The notes: a model not told the origin generated them from the letters alone. A stretch of DNA of 64,000 nucleotides from a virus (IMGVR_UViG_3300048609_000068:1-64000); one strand, 5' to 3'; numbered from the stretch's first letter, positions 35,822 through 46,186 are shown. Numbers and translations: made by a program.

Positions 35822-38800
35822 ATGTCGAAAATATTTTTCCTTCTGACATTGCTGTTTAGTTTATTTTTGAACGCTGCAGAAAATAGCGTCATCAAAGCTC
35901 CGTTCTCGGGGTCTGATTATAAACATCTGACTAAAAATTCTAGTATCTTGGAGATCTGGGGAGACGTTGACGCTTCGGGGAGTTTGATCGATCATTCTGG
36001 AGAGAACCTGTTTGCCTATTCAGAAGACTTTACGCAGGCAGGAACGTGGGCCACATCGAATGCAACGTTGACTGGGAATGCTTACCAGAATCCCTTCAAT
36101 GGATTGTTGACGGCTGATGCACTGAATGAAGGGGCTGCTGCAGCAACGACACACTATATTTCCCAAAGTGTGTCCGTGACGAGCGGTAGGATCTACACGC
36201 TGAGTTTATATGTAACGTCCATCCAGCAGACGGATCCAGCGAAGACGCGAGGGTGGATTGCACTGGGTCCAAACGCTGGGGCGTCCATGGCTTATTTCAA
36301 CCTGGACACATGCACGGTTGGAACGACGTCTACCGTGATCAGCACTTCCGCGAAAGCTGTTTATCCTGATTGGTGTAAGGTCGCAGTCCGGTTTGCAGCT
36401 ACGTCCACAGCATCCGTAGCGCAGCGGATCTACGTTGCGGAGACTGATAATGACGTTACGTTCGATGGCGGAACACAAGTTGCTTATGGGATCTTCGGCG
36501 CTCAATTTGTGGACAACACGGACAATGTGATTGCGGACATGGGGAGATACGTTGCTACGGGTGCCGCGTCAAAACCTCGGTTGGACCTTTCGCCGACGAA
36601 CGCTCCTACGTTGCATACGTCCAGGTTGCAAACATCGGATAATCGGTTTTGGCAAGGACGGACGTTCAATGGAACGACGCAATACTATTCAAAACTACAT
36701 CACGATGCGATGAATATATTCGATGGAGATTTTACTATAACGGTAGTGCTCAAACAGCCAACAACGGCAGCAGCTACAGATCATGTTTTTTCACATGGTT
36801 CTGCAGGTGTAAATGGATGCACTCTTTACAATGCAGTAACATATTCTGCTTTGCAACTTGATAATAGTGGCTTATCTCCGGCGTCAAGAACTGCAGCAGT
36901 ATCAGCAACTTGGAACGATGACAAATACCACGTTCTTCAGGGGGTAAGAAGAGGTAATATTTCTTTTGTTTCTGCAGATGGAAATAGAAGTTCTGGTAAG
37001 GATGTTACAAATTATGGAGTAGATGGATCAAACATAGTCTACCTAAGCGGCTCGTCTCCTCTTGAAGGTTCCATTCTTTATTTTCGGTTAGATGCTTCTG
37101 CGCTTACGGATACAGAATTAGAAACAGACCGACAGCTTTTGATGGGCTATGGGATGGGGCAGCCCAAACAGACAAATGTAGGGTTCTCCAGAGCATCAGC
37201 TGGCTATGTGACGCTGTTCGACAACACGCTGGCACAGCGCATGGCGGGTCTTCCTCGGGTTGGTCGGGATGGACTGCTCATTGAAGGGACGGCGACTAAC
37301 TTACAAAGATATAGCCAAGCGTTCAATAGTTGGGCAGTTCTTTCTGATCTGACTGTTCCTACTACAAATGCAGCAAGTCCTGATCCTAACTCAAATACTG
37401 CTTGTGTTCTACACGAAAGCGGTGTTGGTAGCATCGCACATTTTATTCAAGATACTAATAGTAGTGGACTAACTGCTGGTGCAGTACATACATACTCAGT
37501 TAGACTCAAACCAATAAATAGAAATTGGGTACTGTTGCGTGCGAAAGACCCAGCTTCTCCTACTCGCACTTGCTATTTTAATATTTCAACTGGAAAAGTT
37601 GGAACTGCATTAAATTGTACTGGACGTATAGAACCGAAAGCAGATGGGTACTATAAGTGTTCAATTACGTTTACTCAAACAGTAGGGCAAACCACTTCTG
37701 AACAGTTTATTTATATTGCAGAAGCAGACGGTGATATTACATTTGATGCTGGTGCTGGCCAAGACAGTCTCTATGTCTGGGGATCTCAATTAGAGTTAGG
37801 TTCCCATCCAACGACTTATATTCCCACGACCACTGGAAGCGCCACTCGCTTGGCGGATAATCTTACGATGCGTCCTTGGAAGTTGACTCCGAATGTAAGA
37901 ACCGGAACAGAGACGTGGTGGACGACCTTTGATCAAGACGTGGCGTCCACAGGAACCGTGGTGCTTGGAGGAAAGACCTTTACACAAGCGGGGGATACGA
38001 AACACGTTCAGACTTCGGACTTGTCGAATTATTACGACTTTGATGGGACAGGGGATTACCTTAGTATAGCAGATAATACCTTTGATCAGACAGGATCTTT
38101 TAGTTTAGTATTTGCAGTTACACCTAGTAACCTTACTGGGAATCATTATATATGTTCCAAAGGAACTACGCCAGGAGAAAAAAGATGGTATATATATTTA
38201 TCTTCAGACTCTGTAATTTTATCGCTTTCATCCGATGGAACAACAGTCGTTTCTTTGACTAAAGCAACGGCTTGTTCCATTGGTAAAACTTCAATAGTTA
38301 CTACAGCCTATGATAATATTACTCATACAGGTAGTATCTGGGTTGATGACTTGGCTGTTGCAAGCCGAAGTGATTTTACGGGAGTAATAGCAGATCCTGC
38401 TAAAAATTTCTCCATAGGTTCAGGGGATGGTGGCGGAAGTCCATTTGCAGGTAAGTTTCATTTCTTGGGAATCCATACAGGTACTGCCCTAACTCAAACT
38501 CAACACGATACTGCCTTCAACAACATGAAAGAATCCGCGATTACCCCTCTCGTCCTTTCTAATATAGCTCCAGCGACCTATACGTCCATCGAATTCGACG
38601 CCAAGTGTGAGTGGAACTCCAGCACCGACATTGGCGTTGCGAGAACCTTCTTGGAGCTCTCTGGAAACACCGGTCTTGCTGGTTCAGCTAAACTTGCAGC
38701 GACCAACAGGAACAGACTCATCTTATCTACAAACGCCAGCGCCACGCTCACGACATCTTTAGCTGACAGCACGGCGACTGCACATTCGATTGGATCAGCG

Positions 38801-39049
38801 ATTTCCAATTCGACAACTTATGGTTCTTGGCATCATTATAAGATCTACTGGTCATGCGCGGATCTCTCTGGAACGTATCTTGAAGTGGACGGTCTCACGA
38901 CGGGTTACACGACAGCAACGGCCATGACTGGAACCTGCACGCTAAACAACCACAACACGACGCTCCGTCTTGGATCGATCTTTGATGACACCTTATTAAA
39001 TTCTCCTGACTGCTCTTTCAAAAATTTCAGAATAAGGTATGGGCAATAA
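35822..39049 (+). CDS. Head-spike/fibre-like LamG protein, paralogue 2, with Sec signal peptide and an extra carbohydrate-binding-like domain
   Basis: GAGGG RBS then MSKIFFLLTLLFSLFLNA|AE. Motifs GLLIEGTATNL and YDFDGTGDYL. Confidence 0.75.
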   Translation: MSKIFFLLTLLFSLFLNAAENSVIKAPFSGSDYKHLTKNSSILEIWGDVDASGSLIDHSGENLFAYSEDFTQAGTWATSNATLTGNAYQNPFNGLLTADALNEGAAAATTHYISQSVSVTSGRIYTLSLYVTSIQQTDPAKTRGWIALGPNAGASMAYFNLDTCTVGTTSTVISTSAKAVYPDWCKVAVRFAATSTASVAQRIYVAETDNDVTFDGGTQVAYGIFGAQFVDNTDNVIADMGRYVATGAASKPRLDLSPTNAPTLHTSRLQTSDNRFWQGRTFNGTTQYYSKLHHDAMNIFDGDFTITVVLKQPTTAAATDHVFSHGSAGVNGCTLYNAVTYSALQLDNSGLSPASRTAAVSATWNDDKYHVLQGVRRGNISFVSADGNRSSGKDVTNYGVDGSNIVYLSGSSPLEGSILYFRLDASALTDTELETDRQLLMGYGMGQPKQTNVGFSRASAGYVTLFDNTLAQRMAGLPRVGRDGLLIEGTATNLQRYSQAFNSWAVLSDLTVPTTNAASPDPNSNTACVLHESGVGSIAHFIQDTNSSGLTAGAVHTYSVRLKPINRNWVLLRAKDPASPTRTCYFNISTGKVGTALNCTGRIEPKADGYYKCSITFTQTVGQTTSEQFIYIAEADGDITFDAGAGQDSLYVWGSQLELGSHPTTYIPTTTGSATRLADNLTMRPWKLTPNVRTGTETWWTTFDQDVASTGTVVLGGKTFTQAGDTKHVQTSDLSNYYDFDGTGDYLSIADNTFDQTGSFSLVFAVTPSNLTGNHYICSKGTTPGEKRWYIYLSSDSVILSLSSDGTTVVSLTKATACSIGKTSIVTTAYDNITHTGSIWVDDLAVASRSDFTGVIADPAKNFSIGSGDGGGSPFAGKFHFLGIHTGTALTQTQHDTAFNNMKESAITPLVLSNIAPATYTSIEFDAKCEWNSSTDIGVARTFLELSGNTGLAGSAKLAATNRNRLILSTNASATLTTSLADSTATAHSIGSAISNSTTYGSWHHYKIYWSCADLSGTYLEVDGLTTGYTTATAMTGTCTLNNHNTTLRLGSIFDDTLLNSPDCSFKNFRIRYGQ

Positions 39050-39766
39050 ATGGATAGAACTAAACTGATCCTGATTGGAGCCCTCGTCCTCGGCGGGGGC
39101 GTTGGAGTTTATGAGCTATTGGGTGGAGAAGAGAAGATCCCGATCTATGAGTATCAAGTTGTCCCGAAAGCATACCTCCACGCTACCAAGGGAAAGTATG
39201 TCCGCATTGTTTCAAATACGCAAGACATAAGCAAGGCGCCGATGAACACGGATGTTGGCAGGGTCACGCTCTTGACTGGAAGTGTCCCTGCTGACGCGCT
39301 CTGCGAGGTTGTCTTCGCGGCTCCTTCCATCAAAGACAAGAACACGAACATGGATATGACGGACGTGCCTGAGCTTGCTCCTTATTGGCAGAAGGCTGGG
39401 ATGTCCAATCCGCAAATGGTGGCTCCTGGCAAAGTGGATTTGAATCCGATCTGGTGGACGGTCCTGCAAGGGGAGGGTTGTATTCGTGCGGTTGACTACA
39501 TTGGTTATTTTGGTTCTTCCATCAAGGAGTTCTTATCCCTTGGTGAAGAGACTAAAGGGAGATTCCTGAAGACGTACAATGCGAATAAGGAGATTGTTCC
39601 CTATGGGGATAAAGATGCGGATCCGACTGCCGAAGTATTTGCTCCATTCGGTGTGTTTGGAAGAGAGAGGGATCTTGATTTTGAGACGGTGAAGGAAGGG
39701 AACGTGATTCCTAAGTATCAGATTCCTGAAGGTGGGTTTGCAGAATTGGAAGAGGTGGAGCCGTGA
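39050..39766 (+). CDS. N-terminally membrane-anchored hypothetical protein
   Basis: MDRTKLILIGALVLGGGVGVYELLGG signal anchor followed by a soluble domain. Confidence 0.65.
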   Translation: MDRTKLILIGALVLGGGVGVYELLGGEEKIPIYEYQVVPKAYLHATKGKYVRIVSNTQDISKAPMNTDVGRVTLLTGSVPADALCEVVFAAPSIKDKNTNMDMTDVPELAPYWQKAGMSNPQMVAPGKVDLNPIWWTVLQGEGCIRAVDYIGYFGSSIKEFLSLGEETKGRFLKTYNANKEIVPYGDKDADPTAEVFAPFGVFGRERDLDFETVKEGNVIPKYQIPEGGFAELEEVEP

Positions 39767-42447
39767 ATAAACTTTTGTTTATCTTTAGTTTTCTGTTTTC
39801 TTTGTTTGTTCAGGCTGCTGGACATAAGGTTTACGATGCGACTTTTGGTGGATCTCGAATTAGTGGGTATATACATAACTGGACAATAGCTGAGTATTCA
39901 GGAGAAATAGACCCGAGTACGGGATACTTGATCGACAAGAGTGGTGTTCGCACGCTTCCAAATGGTCAACCGAAACCACAGCATGATCTTGCCCCAACAG
40001 GTGCGCCAACTACGGCGATTTCTACATTGAGAAAACAGGATGGGAATTATTGGAGAGGAAGAAGTTTTGACGGCGCTACGCAGTATTACTCAAGGACACA
40101 TCATGTAAATTTTAATATTTTTGATGGGGATTTTACTATAACTGTTGTATTTTTATCGCCTACTACCGCTGCTGGTACTGATTCAATTATTCAACATTCA
40201 TCTGTTCTTCATGATGGAGCAACATTATACGTCGGACAGTCAGGTGACTTCGCATTAGAAATTGATAATGATAGTTTAGTCCCAGTATATAAAACTATTT
40301 CCACTCCTGCTATATATCACGATGGAAAATATCACGTCGGACAAGTAGTGAGGAAAAGTAATAAATGTTTTGTTAGCGTAGATGGAACCAGAACTGCTTC
40401 TGTTGATGTTACTGGATATGGTAAAGACGGAACGAGAGTTGTATACTTAGGCGGTCTTGGAACCTATACTGGCAACATTGCCTACTTCCGCCTCGACGCC
40501 GAAGCCCTTCCTGATGAAGTCTTAGAATTTGAGCGTCAAGCCCTGATGGGGTATGCATCTTCCACGTCGATGAAAGTTCCTCCTGCATTCGTTCGAGCTT
40601 CTGCTGGTTACACGAATGTTCAAGGGAATCTCCATTCCAGAATGAACAACGCTCCCAGGATTCAAACAGATGGTTCTATCCTGATCGAAGAAGGAAGAAC
40701 CAACTATATGACGTATTCAAATGCGCTCAACCAGTGGACAAAACTAAACGCTGGTGATTCTTTCTCGACCACGAACACGACTCCGGAAACAACCGCAGAC
40801 GGTTATGGCATCATTGGTGCTGCTGCAAATGTGGACCATGGAATCACCCGAGCAACGGCTGCGCTCACTGCTGTTAACCATACGCTTTCTTTTTATGCAA
40901 AACAAGGAACGCATCCTTGGGTTTATTTTGCGGATACAACAGTTGCAACTGCGACTGGATATTTCGATCTGAGCCGTGGAAAATTTGGTACATTAGGCGC
41001 GGGATGGGTTATCACCCCGACTTTTGACACCAATGCAAATGGATGGTACAGGATCAAGGCCCCATTCCTTGGAACGGTAGCAACGCACACGATCCAGTTG
41101 AGTCCAGCAGATGCAGATCTGGACAAGACAACCACGGGTGACGGCGCGAGCACCATGACTGCAATGTGGAACGTCCAGGTTGAAGCTGGATCGCATGCGA
41201 CATCTCCGATCACAACGGCCGCTGTGACAGCAGCGAGAGCTGCTGATGACTATACAGCAATTCCTTGGGAGCTGAACGTCAATGCAATTCGGACAGGGAC
41301 GGAGACTTGGTGGACAGATTTCTCATCGGACGTTGCAACTACAGGTACGGTTTCTTTAGGCGGAAAGACATTTACACAAGTTGGAGACACGAAGCATGTC
41401 TATGGTCCAGATTTGGGGCATAGGTATGACTTTGATGGAACTGGGGATTATCTAACAATAGCAGACAATTCTTTCAATCCTGCGGGAAGTTTTAGTGTGG
41501 CGTTGGTGCTTACTCCTTCTGTTTTGACTGCTGTAACTACTTATATGATGGCAGTCAAAGCAGGAAATGTTGGAGATGTCGGATGGTATATATATGCGTA
41601 TGGAGATGGTATCTATTTTGAATTTTCAAAGACAGGAACTGGAACGAACTACACTTCAAAAGCCACGTCTCTTACGGTTGGAAAAACAAGTCTTATAACT
41701 TTTACATATACCTACAGCGGTCATCCTGACTTATCAGATAGTAGATTGGATATCTACGTTGACGGTTTAGTAGTTGCTTCAAAAACGGATTGTTATGGTC
41801 CAGTATATGCTTCAAGTGCTGCATTTTCTATTGGGGCGAAAGCAACAGGACTAAATGCTTATAACGGCAAACTCCACTTCTTATCTTTCCACAATGGAAC
41901 AGTGTTGACCCAAGCACAGCACAATACCGCCTACGCGAATTTCAAAAAAGGTGGGATTCTTCCGTTGACTATTAGCAGCACGAGCGCAAGGAAAAAGCTG
42001 TATGTGGAATTTGAGGCTAGGGCGGAATGGAGTGGCTCTACTAATATAGGTGTAACGAGAAGTCTGTTAGAAATAGGTGGCCTTACTGGAGTATCCGCTG
42101 CGACACGAAATAGATTATTGTTATATTTTAGTACTGCTACAAGTAAGTTTTATGCAACAGTTTATTCCAATGGAACAATTGAACATTCACTTGTGAGTAA
42201 TGCTGCAGACCCAATAGATTTTTCCAAGTGGCATAGGTATCAATACTATTTTGATGCTACGAATTTGGCCAACTCGTATCTGAAAGTAGATGGTTCAACA
42301 ACTGGATTTACTGCTACCGTCGGTACTATGACTGGCGCAACGACATTATACTTACAAGATACTAAAATTCGTCTTGGCCAAGGTTACGCCAGTAACATTA
42401 ATGGCAATTCTGAAATCAAAAACGTAAGAATCCTCACATACGAATAA
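39763..42447 (+). CDS. Head-spike/fibre-like LamG protein, paralogue 3, with Sec signal peptide
   Basis: GTG start overlapping the previous TGA. MNKLLFIFSFLFSLFVQA|AG, ILIEEGRTNY, YDFDGTGDYL. Confidence 0.75.
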   Translation: MNKLLFIFSFLFSLFVQAAGHKVYDATFGGSRISGYIHNWTIAEYSGEIDPSTGYLIDKSGVRTLPNGQPKPQHDLAPTGAPTTAISTLRKQDGNYWRGRSFDGATQYYSRTHHVNFNIFDGDFTITVVFLSPTTAAGTDSIIQHSSVLHDGATLYVGQSGDFALEIDNDSLVPVYKTISTPAIYHDGKYHVGQVVRKSNKCFVSVDGTRTASVDVTGYGKDGTRVVYLGGLGTYTGNIAYFRLDAEALPDEVLEFERQALMGYASSTSMKVPPAFVRASAGYTNVQGNLHSRMNNAPRIQTDGSILIEEGRTNYMTYSNALNQWTKLNAGDSFSTTNTTPETTADGYGIIGAAANVDHGITRATAALTAVNHTLSFYAKQGTHPWVYFADTTVATATGYFDLSRGKFGTLGAGWVITPTFDTNANGWYRIKAPFLGTVATHTIQLSPADADLDKTTTGDGASTMTAMWNVQVEAGSHATSPITTAAVTAARAADDYTAIPWELNVNAIRTGTETWWTDFSSDVATTGTVSLGGKTFTQVGDTKHVYGPDLGHRYDFDGTGDYLTIADNSFNPAGSFSVALVLTPSVLTAVTTYMMAVKAGNVGDVGWYIYAYGDGIYFEFSKTGTGTNYTSKATSLTVGKTSLITFTYTYSGHPDLSDSRLDIYVDGLVVASKTDCYGPVYASSAAFSIGAKATGLNAYNGKLHFLSFHNGTVLTQAQHNTAYANFKKGGILPLTISSTSARKKLYVEFEARAEWSGSTNIGVTRSLLEIGGLTGVSAATRNRLLLYFSTATSKFYATVYSNGTIEHSLVSNAADPIDFSKWHRYQYYFDATNLANSYLKVDGSTTGFTATVGTMTGATTLYLQDTKIRLGQGYASNINGNSEIKNVRILTYE

Positions 42448-42456
42448 GGAATCCCA

Positions 42457-42684
42457 ATGCTTACATTCAAACTAAAATGGACCGACGAAACCAAAACCAT
42501 TGAAGACGAGTTCACCTACGATAATGCATTGGACCTTTTCTATAACTCATATGGTTTCCTCGTTGCAAGGGAAGATCTGAAGAAGGTACTCAATACAAAG
42601 ATGACTCCAGCAGAAAAGGCTGCTGTAACGAATCCCGTGATGGTAGCAATTACAGGAGAAGCCGTGCAAATGACAGAGGAGTAG
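42457..42684 (+). CDS. Small hypothetical protein
   Basis: AAGGA RBS. Confidence 0.6.
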   Translation: MLTFKLKWTDETKTIEDEFTYDNALDLFYNSYGFLVAREDLKKVLNTKMTPAEKAAVTNPVMVAITGEAVQMTEE

Positions 42685-42687
42685 CAG

Positions 42688-43593
42688 ATGCCATTCTGGA
42701 AAGAACCATACAGGGTACGACGTTCTACAAGGGTACTCTCTTATGCTGTGAATCAAATCCATCAAATGCTCAGCTATGGTGGAGAGACCACTTACCTGCT
42801 CAAGCGGCTTGCACGTTCCAATTCTCCTTTCCAGATGGCAGACCGTAGGGTCTCCACGATCACTCAAGTAGCAAGTTCTTACTCAACGGATCCAGATACA
42901 GGATCCATTCGATTCAAAATCTGGGGAGCAAACACAGACGATCCAACAGTGTTTCCAGACCTCGGCACGCTGACCGCGACAGTCCAGGCTTCCGGTGGAG
43001 CAACGATCTGGGAGAACGCCTACGATAAATATTCTTTCATCACAGACCGCACAGAATATGCTTTCGATCTTTATCAAGACAGACTGGATTCTACAGGGAC
43101 GGATATTGAAGATTCGGTTTACATCGTGTTCAACACCCCTCCATTTAGTTTTTCAAGTTTAGCTGTTCTTAGTTATGGGACGATCAACCCTCTGACCAAT
43201 TTCCAAGGGATGCAACCGTATCGGGACAATCAACCTTCTTACCAATATTCTTTATTTGGATTTGAACAGTGGTTGGATCCAACAGTTCATATCCGAAGGA
43301 GGGTAACTCCGCACGCAATGCTTCTAGCTTTTCCCGGTGTCTTGGCAGATTTCAAGGTCACCGAAAGTGGTCTGTTAAGAGAGCAGCGTGGGGCCTTTTT
43401 CACAAGTCCTCCTCCTTATTCGCCTTCGGTCCAGGAATTCGACGTGATTGTACGAAAATCGACAAGTGAACGTTACCAAGTGATCGATCGCACACAAATA
43501 TTCTTGGAGGACATTCTCGTTCAGCAGCAATTTAATATGCACGCACTGGATCCAAGGTCGAGTATTTACAGTATTCCGATCGTGACAAGTTAG
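42688..43593 (+). CDS. Head-closure / neck protein candidate
   Basis: Position before the terminator and sheath. C-terminal VQEFDVIVR...RYQV...QQFNM beta-barrel pattern. Confidence 0.5.
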   Translation: MPFWKEPYRVRRSTRVLSYAVNQIHQMLSYGGETTYLLKRLARSNSPFQMADRRVSTITQVASSYSTDPDTGSIRFKIWGANTDDPTVFPDLGTLTATVQASGGATIWENAYDKYSFITDRTEYAFDLYQDRLDSTGTDIEDSVYIVFNTPPFSFSSLAVLSYGTINPLTNFQGMQPYRDNQPSYQYSLFGFEQWLDPTVHIRRRVTPHAMLLAFPGVLADFKVTESGLLREQRGAFFTSPPPYSPSVQEFDVIVRKSTSERYQVIDRTQIFLEDILVQQQFNMHALDPRSSIYSIPIVTS

Positions 43594-43602
43594 GGAGATT
43601 CC

Positions 43603-44214
43603 ATGCCCATCGAAACTTACTATCGTGGAGTAAACTTCATCAAGCAATATATGGTTCATTACCTGAATTCTATATTTCTTGCATCCGCAAAAGGACAAAT
43701 ATTATTTACGAATGGGTTCAAGAAGATAAAGTTCTCCGCAACGCCACAAGTGATTCGGCGGGCAAGTTGGGATTTTAGAAATCTTCCTTCTGTTTTAATT
43801 GGTTCGGTTCGCGGGTCTTACAAGTACATGAGCACATCTAAAGATTATTTGAGTGAGAATACCGCTGATGATGCATCGCAGTATCGATTTTTTGGTGGTG
43901 ACTTACGATCGACGCTTGACATGGAAGTTCGAGCAACCACGTTAGATGAAAAAGAAAATTTGACGGATATTGTCTGTGTTTATTTAGCCCATCCTGATGC
44001 CAAAGACTTTTTTGACAGGCACGCAATCGTCATAGAACATCCTCCAGTCATTGGAGCAGAACGGGACATCCATGAACCGAATATCGATCATCCAATTTAT
44101 GGGACAGCTATCTCCATTGATTTGATCTCTCCTTGGCAGATTAAAGAGCCTTTGGAACCAAGATTGATCGATATTGTTTCCGAGCTTACTTTGGAAGTTT
44201 CACTGGATCTCTAA
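43603..44214 (+). CDS. Tail terminator / completion protein candidate
   Basis: LPSVLI...LDMEVRATTLDEKENLTDIV pattern, directly before the sheath. Confidence 0.55.
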   Translation: MPIETYYRGVNFIKQYMVHYLNSIFLASAKGQILFTNGFKKIKFSATPQVIRRASWDFRNLPSVLIGSVRGSYKYMSTSKDYLSENTADDASQYRFFGGDLRSTLDMEVRATTLDEKENLTDIVCVYLAHPDAKDFFDRHAIVIEHPPVIGAERDIHEPNIDHPIYGTAISIDLISPWQIKEPLEPRLIDIVSELTLEVSLDL

Positions 44215-44299
44215 GATTCTTTCGTTTGTTAAACTATTTCCTCGTTAAAATAATAACATTATCCATAGTCTTGATGCAGATTTTGAGGAGAACTTCCAT

Positions 44300-45673
44300 A
44301 TGGCCATTCGCATTCCTGGCGTCATAGTCCGGATTGTCAACGATACTGGAATTGTTGCCCCTCCTCTTTATCAGCGTTACCCTGTCATTATTGGTTTAGG
44401 TGACGCCTACCGGCAGGTGTCCGACCAGGAAGTGGTCCGAAGTTTAGGAAGTGTTGATACGATTCCGGCCAGTAGCCCGATCAATAGCATTGTGTCCGTT
44501 GGCGACCTTCCTGGGATTGCAAGTTATACCTCCGGAACGGATTATTCCCTCTACGGAACAAGCTATATTTCTTGGACGCCAGGTGGATCGGCCCCAACGA
44601 CGGGTGATTCTTTCTTCGTTACTTATACTGAAAACCGTCCAGCGTCTGCTTATACCCCCACTCTTTACTTAGACGAGAATTTGATCTACGCGGATCATGG
44701 GAATGCGTCCATGACCAATGGCGTGATCAATGACGTCTCCGTGGGTGGATCGCTTGCTCTGAACGCTGGAGCTTTCGGTGTGATCATTGCTCAACTGGAC
44801 CTCAGGGCAGCCGTGGACCCGGATGCGCCGACTCTTTCCGAGCTGGAGACCGCGTTCATTGCGATGAGGACGGAGCTCGAAAAGATCACTGACTACAAGC
44901 TGCTCCTTGTTCCGATGTCTTCAGGGACCTTGAACACGACAACGGCAGCGGACATCTTCTTCAATCAAGCCGTCATCCTGTCTCAGCCCGAGTACAAGCA
45001 AGAGAGGACGGTCATAGCGGCTCTTGGGAAGGGCACGGGTTACCAGGCAGCTGCGACCTATGCCCAGAACTACGCGCACGAGCGTATGGTGGTTCCTGTC
45101 GTTCCAGACGCCACTGTGACGGTGACTGGTCAGGGAACGACGACCTACGATATGCGTTTCTACAACGCTGCGCTGGCTGGGAAGCTTTGTTCTGTTCCGA
45201 TTGGAAGGACCATTTCCGACGAAATTATCCCGAACATTTCTTTCGAGGACAATTTCACTCGAAAGCAAGGTGATTATCTTGTTCAGCGGGGTGTGTCTCC
45301 TGGAAAGATTTCTGGGAGCGTCGTCCGGAATATTTTGGCAATCACGACGGACACGACTTCTGCACTGACAGAGGATTTGGGAGTGCAGGACACCGCGGAT
45401 TACATTAAAAAATCATGGAGAGAAGGTCTCTGGAGAGTTTATAAAAACTCCCCAGTCAATACTGAATTATTACGTTCTGTTCTCCAAACGTCAAAAAAGT
45501 TGCTTAGCTACCATATTACCGAGGAAGGGATCATTTCTGACTTTCGTCGGGTGGCAATTCGTCAGGATACGGTAGAATCCCGCAGACTTTATGCGTCTGC
45601 TCAAGTAATGCCTGCATTTTGTATGCAGTGGATGGATATCACGTTTACGTTTGTTCTTAGTTTTTCTTCGTAG
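44300..45673 (+). CDS. Contractile tail sheath protein
   Basis: IRIPGVIV N-terminus; C-terminal TDTT...LGVQDTADYI...LYASAQVMPAF..WMDITF. Confidence 0.85.
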   Translation: MAIRIPGVIVRIVNDTGIVAPPLYQRYPVIIGLGDAYRQVSDQEVVRSLGSVDTIPASSPINSIVSVGDLPGIASYTSGTDYSLYGTSYISWTPGGSAPTTGDSFFVTYTENRPASAYTPTLYLDENLIYADHGNASMTNGVINDVSVGGSLALNAGAFGVIIAQLDLRAAVDPDAPTLSELETAFIAMRTELEKITDYKLLLVPMSSGTLNTTTAADIFFNQAVILSQPEYKQERTVIAALGKGTGYQAAATYAQNYAHERMVVPVVPDATVTVTGQGTTTYDMRFYNAALAGKLCSVPIGRTISDEIIPNISFEDNFTRKQGDYLVQRGVSPGKISGSVVRNILAITTDTTSALTEDLGVQDTADYIKKSWREGLWRVYKNSPVNTELLRSVLQTSKKLLSYHITEEGIISDFRRVAIRQDTVESRRLYASAQVMPAFCMQWMDITFTFVLSFSS

Positions 45674-45706
45674 CGTACAGACAGCTATTTGGTGGAGGAT
45701 TGAATT

Positions 45707-46186
45707 ATGTCATTAGATGCCCCTCCCGTTGCGCTTCCGGCTACGAAACACTCTGTATTTTATTCTTACGCTTTCTTAGTCGGTGGAAAGCCGATTGGGT
45801 CTGCAGAATCAATAAATATCCGAGGAAGTCGTTTGGCGATTGAGCGCATTCGTGAAGTTTACTATTCGCATGGCCCGATTACGAGAGAGATTGTTTGGGG
45901 AGGAGTTGACATCTCGATCGATGTTCGCCGCGTGGAGTTGTACGCTACGTCTTTGTATGCAGCGCTGGGTTTTGATGTTACCTCTCTTGAACAGATCAAT
46001 GGAGCAATCGATCTTCTTGAAGTGCGTTACCAAAGAACTGCTGATGGAACGGAAACAACTCGTGAAGTGTCGTATTATGACTGTGTTCCGTCAACATGGG
46101 GTCGTGACCTTGATATTGGAACTGCTCGGGTTATTGAAACAGTGACTTTGGAATGCACAACGATGATGGTGCATGGAAGTAGCTAA
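45707..46186 (+). CDS. Tail tube protein
   Basis: 159 aa after the sheath; VGGKPIG...IERIRE...ISIDVRRVELY...ETVTLEC. Confidence 0.75.
   Translation: MSLDAPPVALPATKHSVFYSYAFLVGGKPIGSAESINIRGSRLAIERIREVYYSHGPITREIVWGGVDISIDVRRVELYATSLYAALGFDVTSLEQINGAIDLLEVRYQRTADGTETTREVSYYDCVPSTWGRDLDIGTARVIETVTLECTTMMVHGSS

Noticed and set aside
35760-35846. 28-codon ORF MAKYYILCCALPMPIVHEGMVCRKYFSF overlapping the 35822 start
   Set aside because: Weak RBS, no motif and very short; it cannot be supported.
32154-42447. Diversity-generating retroelement (TR/VR pair) among the similar LamG segments
   Set aside because: Differences between copies are mostly synonymous and not adenine-specific, and no reverse transcriptase is in the window.
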